A DNA stretch of 64,000 nucleotides, from the IMG/VR virus record IMGVR_UViG_3300034071_000719, positions 15,577-79,576 of that record; one strand, 5' to 3'. A model generated the notes under the pieces. That model saw nothing but the letters and a program-made list of their open reading frames with translations, made no database searches and was not told the origin of the DNA. This document shows positions 58,130 to 64,000 of the stretch, piece after piece. The stretch's first letter is position 1. Each line of letters opens with the position of its first letter. The DNA is from a virus. The position numbers were made by a program, and so were the translations under genes.

Positions 58130-58660
58130 TTATTTGCCTTCTAGTTTAGCAAGTCCTGCCGCTAGTGTAGCTTTAGCACGAGCCAACAGTGTTGCATCAC
58201 CATCAGTCATTACTGCAAGCATTGCGGCTTTTTCTTTAAGATAAACACGTGCAAAGCCCGGGTCATGTGCAACGATGCTTGCAGTGTTTGAAAGCAAGTC
58301 GGCAAGTTTGATTGTTTTTGCGCTAGGGCTTGCACTTGCAGTATGTGCCAAGTCAATGCCTTTACGAATTGCTCTGTTACCAAGACTCGGAGTACTAACA
58401 TCAGTTAGGTCAGCAACCAACCCTGCTACAATTGGACCAAACTCCAAACGGATAGTTTCGATTGTAACGCCAGTGTCTTCTACTGTGTCATGCAACCAAG
58501 CCGCCGCAAGCATTTCGTCTGTGTGTGGAACAGTAGCGACAATTGCCGCAACTTCGGCAGGGTGAACAATGTAGTCGTCACCTGTGTATTTTCGTTTATG
58601 ATTGATTGTGCTATGCGCTTCGATAGCAAATGCTCTTGCTCTAGCTACTAATGATGACAT
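58130..58660 (-). CDS. Small alarmone hydrolase-like HD protein (SpoT-HD/Mesh1 family)
   Basis: AH....RK..G..YIVHP, AAAWLHDTVEDT, LTD, IKLAD..SN. Confidence 0.82.
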   Translation of the reverse strand: MSSLVARARAFAIEAHSTINHKRKYTGDDYIVHPAEVAAIVATVPHTDEMLAAAWLHDTVEDTGVTIETIRLEFGPIVAGLVADLTDVSTPSLGNRAIRKGIDLAHTASASPSAKTIKLADLLSNTASIVAHDPGFARVYLKEKAAMLAVMTDGDATLLARAKATLAAGLAKLEGK

Positions 58661-58694
58661 ACTTAACTCCTACTGTGTATTAACTAATAATGCT

Positions 58695-58722
58695 ATTATA
58701 CACTCTTTACAGTAGAAGTCAA
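58695..58722 (-). promoter_or_regulatory. sigma70 (early) promoter
   Basis: TTGACT-16-TATAAT; TAGGAG RBS downstream. Confidence 0.7.
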
Positions 58723-58725
58723 GTA

Positions 58726-59031
58726 CTATTTGATTTGAACTAAAACCTGACGATAACAGTTACAATTTGCGTCATAAATGTTCTCGTAACGGTAGATTGG
58801 TTCGTTTGCAGGTACATAGCTTGGTAGTGGAGCATATTGTGGTTCTTGCACAATAATTGTTTGTTGACGCGGCTGTGCAATAATGTAACCTAATGTACCT
58901 CCAACGATTAACGGAAGTAATACATTTCCGCCACCACCTCCATGCCCACGATAGCCGTGCCCATAACGTCCATCTGCAAATGCAGTAGTACTAAGTGATG
59001 CTAACAGTAATGCTAAAAGTGTTTTCTTCAT
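58726..59031 (-). CDS. Exported or membrane small protein
   Basis: Signal peptide MKKTLLALLLASLSTTAFA, Gly/His linker, hydrophobic segment, C-terminal CNC. Confidence 0.7.
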   Translation of the reverse strand: MKKTLLALLLASLSTTAFADGRYGHGYRGHGGGGGNVLLPLIVGGTLGYIIAQPRQQTIIVQEPQYAPLPSYVPANEPIYRYENIYDANCNCYRQVLVQIK

Positions 59032-59065
59032 ACGTTACTCCTTGAATTTTATTTATTACACAACC

Positions 59066-59094
59066 AGTATAACACAATTATATGTAAAAGTCAA
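59066..59094 (-). promoter_or_regulatory. sigma70 promoter
   Basis: TTGACT-17-TATACT upstream of 59031. Confidence 0.65.
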
Positions 59095-59129
59095 TCATTA
59101 TAAAATTTATGCTGGCGCTATGTATAGCG

Positions 59130-59135
59130 TAAATA
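59130..59135 (+). promoter_or_regulatory. T4-like late promoter core TAAATA
   Basis: 5 nt before the ATG at 59141, the same spacing as 17387/17398. Confidence 0.45.
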
Positions 59136-59140
59136 TGTAT

Positions 59141-61051
59141 ATGGCAATCATCCCAATCCTCCCAGACAGTAAGTTTAATAACTTAGCTGAAGAACTACCA
59201 TCCAACGACCCAGAAAGTAAAGATTGGGTAATGATCAAATCAATGATGTCTATGGCTAGAAAAACGCCACAGCACAATCTTATACCAATTGAATTAGATG
59301 AAGTAACTAGAAATACTAAATTAACATTAGTAATGGTTCCGGAATGGGGTGTATATTTTCCGCCATACAACTTATCACGCTTAGCCGGTGTAACACGTGC
59401 GGCAGGTTACGATACTACTGTATTAGATGTAAATGTTAAATCGTGGAAACGACTTAAAGAAATAGCACCATTGGATTATTGGCATCCTAGTCGAGAGTGG
59501 ATGTGGGCTGGCAAAGAATACATGAGAGAAATTCATCAATATCTCGAGCCAATACTACAAGAGTATGTAGAAAGTATAGCCGCTAGTAAACCTGATGTAG
59601 TAGGATTTTGTTTATACTATACAAACGAAGTCCCTGCAAATTGGATGGCACTTAAACTGCGTCAACTGTTACCTAATGCTAAAATAATTGCTGGTGGCCC
59701 ACAAGCAGGTTCTCCGTCTAGGTATACAGAAAAGTTTTATGATCATTTAGTACAAGGCGAAGGCGAGCAGATACTATTAAACCTATTAGACAGTATAGAA
59801 AATAACCAACCTATAATGGATAAATTTTTAGTAGCACCAAAAACACGATTAGATTTAGATAGTTTACCTTTTCCAGATTACAGTCATTATGACTTGACTG
59901 ATTACGAAATGTCTAACGGTATTAGCAGTGAGTTAAGCCGTGGCTGTGTTGCTAAGTGTGTGTTCTGTACAGAAGTACATTTCTGGAAGTATCGTGGACG
60001 CATGGCAGGATCTGTATTAAACGAAATAGAAATACAATACCAAACTTATGGCATTGATTTTGTATGGTTCATTGATAGTCTTGTAAATGGCAATCTTAAA
60101 GAATTACGTGCATTTGCATTAGGTGTAGTGGAACGTAATCTAAAAATCAAGTGGCAAGGATATGCACGATGCGATGGCAGAATGGACTTTGAATATCTTA
60201 AAGACCTAAAAGCAAGTGGCTGTCATCAACTTAATTATGGAGTCGAATCAGGTAGCCAACGTGTACTCGATGATATGAAGAAAGGTGTTAATGTAACAGA
60301 AATTGAGGATAACTTACGACACGGAAGCGAAGTAGGTATAGAACATTCAACAACATGGATTATTGGATTTCCTAGTGAAGACCCACAAGGCTTTGCAGAT
60401 ACATTAACATTAGTGTGGCGCATACGTAACTATAATCTGTTTAATGTTAGCCCCGGCATTACTATGATGTTAAGCCCCGGTGCCGAAGTTACTATGTACG
60501 GTGAAAAGTTTAATATATTCCCACATAGATTTCAAAAAGCATGGACTACAAATGACTTAGTTAATACTAAACTTCATCGATTAATTAGACAAAAATCATT
60601 CTTAATTTTCCTTCAACACCTGCATTCAACGACTCCATTCTTTGGTGCAGAAAGACCTGAATTATTAAAGTTATACAATATTAAGTATGATCAAAAAAAT
60701 ATACAACCTCAACAAATTCCATATGAAGAATTTAATTACAATATAATTACACCTAACATTAATAAATTTGCCGATAGTATTGTGAATGAAATCTGGCCAT
60801 TGTTGCGTTCATTATGGAGAGCATTGGGCGAGTATGAAATTGAAATAGTTTATGACCCTGAAGCAGATTTACGTGAGTGGAGCGATAGGCTTGCATGCGA
60901 CTATACAGCTAATCATAAATTTAAAATTGACGCAATGGGCAATTGGTCGGCAACACACTATTATAAATTTGTACAACATCCAGACAACGAAGGTTACACG
61001 TGGGATGATTACAGTTTTGAGTATACTTGGAACGGTACGGGTACTTGGTAA
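59141..61051 (+). CDS. Cobalamin-binding radical SAM enzyme (class B methyltransferase-like)
   Basis: B12 domain (PPYNLSRLAG, DVVGF, IIAGGPQ, GEGE), SRGCVAKCVFC, GVESGS, IIGFPSE; the ORF-track TTG start at 59042 overlaps a minus-strand promoter. Confidence 0.88.
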   Translation: MAIIPILPDSKFNNLAEELPSNDPESKDWVMIKSMMSMARKTPQHNLIPIELDEVTRNTKLTLVMVPEWGVYFPPYNLSRLAGVTRAAGYDTTVLDVNVKSWKRLKEIAPLDYWHPSREWMWAGKEYMREIHQYLEPILQEYVESIAASKPDVVGFCLYYTNEVPANWMALKLRQLLPNAKIIAGGPQAGSPSRYTEKFYDHLVQGEGEQILLNLLDSIENNQPIMDKFLVAPKTRLDLDSLPFPDYSHYDLTDYEMSNGISSELSRGCVAKCVFCTEVHFWKYRGRMAGSVLNEIEIQYQTYGIDFVWFIDSLVNGNLKELRAFALGVVERNLKIKWQGYARCDGRMDFEYLKDLKASGCHQLNYGVESGSQRVLDDMKKGVNVTEIEDNLRHGSEVGIEHSTTWIIGFPSEDPQGFADTLTLVWRIRNYNLFNVSPGITMMLSPGAEVTMYGEKFNIFPHRFQKAWTTNDLVNTKLHRLIRQKSFLIFLQHLHSTTPFFGAERPELLKLYNIKYDQKNIQPQQIPYEEFNYNIITPNINKFADSIVNEIWPLLRSLWRALGEYEIEIVYDPEADLREWSDRLACDYTANHKFKIDAMGNWSATHYYKFVQHPDNEGYTWDDYSFEYTWNGTGTW

Positions 61052-61396
61052 TTATAGGCTTTGGTTATCCAAGTATTGCTGTAGATTGTTTGCATGTAGA
61101 CCTATCATCATTGCATCACGGTCACTCACGATGTGTATAGTAGAACGATTCTGTACATAGTACGGCTCTGCAAAGTAGCGTTCTAACTGTACAAAGGTCT
61201 TGGGCCGTATTTCGTGTAATAATTTAAACTTATAAAATCTAATGTGCTTACGCATTGTGAGATATGCATTTTGTGTAAGACGTAAGCTATTATGATTAGT
61301 TGGGTTATACCACCACATACTCGGGTTCACTGCATATGGTGTTAGTTGATAAAACTTATCCTGCCAAATAGACTGCGGTGATTCGGCACGTGACAT
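61052..61396 (-). CDS. Hypothetical protein
   Basis: WWYNP...SLRLT...LERYF..PYY. Confidence 0.6.
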   Translation of the reverse strand: MSRAESPQSIWQDKFYQLTPYAVNPSMWWYNPTNHNSLRLTQNAYLTMRKHIRFYKFKLLHEIRPKTFVQLERYFAEPYYVQNRSTIHIVSDRDAMMIGLHANNLQQYLDNQSL

Positions 61397-61398
61397 GA

Positions 61399-61686
61399 TT
61401 ATGGATAGATAGTTTCGCCTGCTTTAAGTAATACAACTGAAAACTTGTCTGACTTAAACAGCGCATTAAGTTTCTTAGCGAGATTGATTGCGTGGCCGGG
61501 ATTACTAAACGAAACTTTCTTATACTTTGGGCCAGGATAGGCTACAAGTATGTTTTGTGTTTTTAGATTAATTGGTTGATTGTCAAAGTATACTGCCCAG
61601 ATACCTTCGGAATTCAGAATCTGATCACTTTTATAATTTGTTTTGTTAACGTGCTCTAACAGTACAACTGGTTTTGGTCTTGACAT
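61399..61686 (-). CDS. Hypothetical protein
   Basis: MSRPKP...GPKYKKVSFSNPGHAINLAKKLN; AAGGA RBS. Confidence 0.7.
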   Translation of the reverse strand: MSRPKPVVLLEHVNKTNYKSDQILNSEGIWAVYFDNQPINLKTQNILVAYPGPKYKKVSFSNPGHAINLAKKLNALFKSDKFSVVLLKAGETIYP

Positions 61687-61705
61687 AAAGTATCCTTACT
61701 ATGTT

Positions 61706-61711
61706 TATTTA
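61706..61711 (-). promoter_or_regulatory. T4-like late promoter core TAAATA
   Basis: Intergenic ATAAATA ~20 nt upstream of 61686. Confidence 0.45.
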
Positions 61712-61736
61712 TGCCAATTAACTACATATATAATTG

Positions 61737-61958
61737 TTAAAAACTGCCACCATCCATTTCAACATTAACTACTGTATTGTCTTCTTCTGCTTCTTTAATT
61801 GCAGTTAATGCTGCAATCTGTGCAAGTAATTCAAATATATCATTATGTAAATTGCGTACATCTAACGCAGACAATGTTAAGTCTTTACTGTTAGTTTGAT
61901 TCATTACTTTAACGCGATTGTTAAATGCTTTTAAATGTAGACTAAGTTGATTCTCCAT
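61737..61958 (-). CDS. Hypothetical protein
   Basis: GGAGG RBS; ends VEMDGGSF. Confidence 0.6.
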   Translation of the reverse strand: MENQLSLHLKAFNNRVKVMNQTNSKDLTLSALDVRNLHNDIFELLAQIAALTAIKEAEEDNTVVNVEMDGGSF

Positions 61959-62514
61959 TGGTTCCTCCGTTTGCTAATCGTAACTGTGTTTGCATTTCTT
62001 CTTTAGTAAAATATGGTCCCTGGTATGGATATCTATTTAATGTAATGAGTTTAGGACAATATGCTTTAGCCCAACCAAAGTTAAATCTAATTATGTAATA
62101 TCCAGCACAGAAGAAACTTTTACTTTTGCTACCTTTGGTAAACACAGGTAGTTTATGCTGTACGTCCCATAATGCATTCTGTGGTTTGTTCTCGCAAGGA
62201 TAACCATATACATCATGTGATTCTTTGGCTACTTTAGCTACTTTAGTCTTATCAATAACAATGTTGTAACGATCACTAAGCAATTTTAAACTGCTAAACC
62301 GTTCTCTTTGTTCGCCGTCACTGTGTACTAACGTAACTCCATTACCACTCTCATTGGCAAGAATAGTAGCAACTTTGGTGCCATCGTTCTCAACGACCCA
62401 GCACTTATTCTTTACAATAGTTCGTGCTAACAAATTAAGGATTGGTCCTTCGCATGTAGCGGCACCGTTACATGTTTTTTGATATTGGCAAAATCTTTTA
62501 TATTGTTCTGTCAT
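61942..62514 (-). CDS. Hypothetical protein
   Basis: FTK..KSKSFFCAGYY...YCPKLITL.RY.YQGP. Confidence 0.65.
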   Translation of the reverse strand: MTEQYKRFCQYQKTCNGAATCEGPILNLLARTIVKNKCWVVENDGTKVATILANESGNGVTLVHSDGEQRERFSSLKLLSDRYNIVIDKTKVAKVAKESHDVYGYPCENKPQNALWDVQHKLPVFTKGSKSKSFFCAGYYIIRFNFGWAKAYCPKLITLNRYPYQGPYFTKEEMQTQLRLANGGTNGEST

Positions 62515-62515
62515 G

Positions 62516-63265
62516 TTAGTCTCTATTTTTAATTAATTGTACTATTGGGTAGCCAGGGTCAACTAACCAACTATCTGATAACTTTACTTCTGTTTGATAT
62601 TCATGATGAAACTTTTGCATGCTTTCGCCACCAGTAACAAATCCAAAGATTTTCCAATCTTTGATATCTGGTCCGGGATGACAAATGCCATTTACAACTG
62701 TATTTTCCCACACTTTTTGGTATATAGCCGCCCAACTAAACAATGCTATAGCAACATGCCAATTGATAACTGCGCCTACACTTAGCGCACTAATCCAAAT
62801 TAAGTAATAATTATTATGTATAAAACGATGCATTGGTTTAACTACAAGATCTCTGGGCATAGGTGGATTAAGTTTTAAAAAGTAACTAGTCGGAAAGAAT
62901 TCCCATAACCCAAATACTACAGTAAACATACCTAATTTAGTTGGACTGTGCGGATCACCTGCTTCGTCGCATAGATTATGATGCTGTCGATGTAAAATAG
63001 CATACATGATTGGACTACCGATACCAATTATAATGGCAAATGGTAATAACATATATTCTGTTATTTTGTTTAATTTAAATTGTTTATGGGTGTAATATCT
63101 ATGTAACAGTACACTATTACCTAATGTACTGCACAACCAGCCCCACGCAAGCAACCATACTGCCTGACTGCCTGTTACATAGAACAGACTTGTAATGAAC
63201 AGTGAATAAATCAGCGTATTGAATAATGCAAACTTCCACTCATATAAGAAGTTACGTAACTGCAT
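62516..63265 (-). CDS. Membrane fatty-acid desaturase (delta-9-like)
   Basis: HRYYTH, HRQHH..D...DPHSP, GESMQKFHH, DPG; hydrophobic helices; ATG at 63265 preferred. Confidence 0.82.
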   Translation of the reverse strand: MQLRNFLYEWKFALFNTLIYSLFITSLFYVTGSQAVWLLAWGWLCSTLGNSVLLHRYYTHKQFKLNKITEYMLLPFAIIIGIGSPIMYAILHRQHHNLCDEAGDPHSPTKLGMFTVVFGLWEFFPTSYFLKLNPPMPRDLVVKPMHRFIHNNYYLIWISALSVGAVINWHVAIALFSWAAIYQKVWENTVVNGICHPGPDIKDWKIFGFVTGGESMQKFHHEYQTEVKLSDSWLVDPGYPIVQLIKNRD

Positions 63266-63614
63266 AGATAATTCCAATGTAAGTCAAATAATGCAACCCT
63301 TGATCAGCACCCATCCAAACCCAAAACATACGATCGGCAGGGCTCATACCTTTATTTAGTTGTTGTTTTGCCCAATCAATATGATAATGGATAACTCCAT
63401 CTGCCAGTGATAACATAATAGCAAGATTTGCATCTCCTATTACAAACACTAGAATCCATAAAGTAAATATAGCATGTAACGCCGCATGATGAATACCGCC
63501 TTCTGCACCATAGATACCCTTCTCTCTGAGCATGTAGTCATACTGCATAACAAAATCAGCAATAAAATGCTTAATGCCAAACAATGCTAGTAAGATAAAG
63601 ACAGTAGTATTCAT
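63252..63614 (-). CDS. DUF3307-like membrane protein
   Basis: KHFIADFVMQ, HAALH, HYHIDW.K, GADQGLH. Confidence 0.75.
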   Translation of the reverse strand: MNTTVFILLALFGIKHFIADFVMQYDYMLREKGIYGAEGGIHHAALHAIFTLWILVFVIGDANLAIMLSLADGVIHYHIDWAKQQLNKGMSPADRMFWVWMGADQGLHYLTYIGIIYAVT

Positions 63615-63616
63615 AA

Positions 63617-63697
63617 TTAGCCTCTAATAAAAGTACTACGTGACTTAGGAGTTTCCCACCAGTCAATGCGGTCTACTGTTACATTTAGTTTAGACAT
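63617..63697 (-). pseudogene. 26-codon remnant resembling the C-terminus of a classical QueD/6-PTPS
   Basis: MSKLNVTVDRIDWWETPKSRSTFIRG*; WETPxS is the QueD C-terminal motif. Confidence 0.5.
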
Positions 63698-64000
63698 TTA
63701 TACCTCTGCAGGCGCCTTTACTTAACCCCTCTGAAACGAACAGGATAGTAACCCCTGCTTGTTTTAGTTGATGTTCGTATCTATCTATAACATAATCTAC
63801 TAAGAATTCAACAGTAGTTTCTGTAGTAAGTTTGACTAGTTTTACATCTCCTACAAATTCCATACTCATCGGCCCGCGCCCACAATGATATTCGATTAAA
63901 TTTTCAGTAGGCATGTTATCTGCCCACGCAAAGATTACGCCATCTAAGTCTCGAGCAATTTCTGCTAATAATAAATCAGTTGCTAACGTGTTTGTAGTAT
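63690..64000 (-). CDS. C-terminal part of a long-form 6-pyruvoyl/6-carboxy-tetrahydropterin synthase-like (QueD-like) protein, 5' end outside window
   Basis: Frame is open to the window edge (...AEIARDLDGVIFAW...); RG, ETTVE and SEGLSKGA motifs. Confidence 0.5.
   Translation of the reverse strand, partial: TTNTLATDLLLAEIARDLDGVIFAWADNMPTENLIEYHCGRGPMSMEFVGDVKLVKLTTETTVEFLVDYVIDRYEHQLKQAGVTILFVSEGLSKGACRGINV

Noticed and set aside
59042-59140. Longer TTG-start N-terminus for the B12 radical SAM
   Set aside because: It overlaps the divergent promoter region; ATG 59141 after TAAATA is more plausible
1-64000. CRISPR arrays, tRNAs, introns/inteins, diversity-generating retroelement, stop-codon recoding
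   Set aside because: By eye I found no repeat-spacer array, cloverleaf, reverse transcriptase or interrupted genes, and ORFs are intact in code 11; tRNAscan and Infernal were not run

Overview
The window is 64 kb of an AT-rich jumbo myovirus genome in the standard genetic code; I saw no tRNA, rRNA, CRISPR array or IS. Its gene set (gp6-like baseplate wedge, a 4255-aa virion protein, several fibre proteins, T4-like TAAATA late promoter cores) suggests kinship with RaK2/GAP32/XacN1-type jumbo phages, but that is inference. There are three blocks. (1) 1-22.1 kb (+): baseplate and tail-fibre structural genes. (2) 22.2-46.5 kb: a tightly coupled ~24 kb biosynthetic island right after the fibres. 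It holds at least 5 glycosyltransferase-like proteins, seven consecutive radical SAM enzymes with an N-terminal Twitch Fe-S domain, a NodU/CmcH carbamoyltransferase with an unannotated 33-aa basic partner ORF, SGNH proteins, two DegT aminotransferases, a sugar acetyltransferase, an NDP-sugar epimerase/dehydratase, an APS-kinase-like protein and a 2OG-Fe(II)-like cupin. (3) 46.5-64 kb (mostly -): thyA/folA, many small ORFs, and an early region with near-perfect sigma70 promoters (MoxR ATPase + vWA metallopeptidase, small alarmone hydrolase, HIT). It also contains an inverted cobalamin radical SAM gene, a desaturase and a long-form QueD-like gene cut by the window edge. The best candidate for an undescribed system is block 2, which looks like a phage-encoded, radical-SAM-rich glycan assembly and tailoring line, most plausibly for decorating the virion or tail. 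Several gene insertion or replacement scars, left as translationally coupled mini-ORFs, can be read directly from the DNA.
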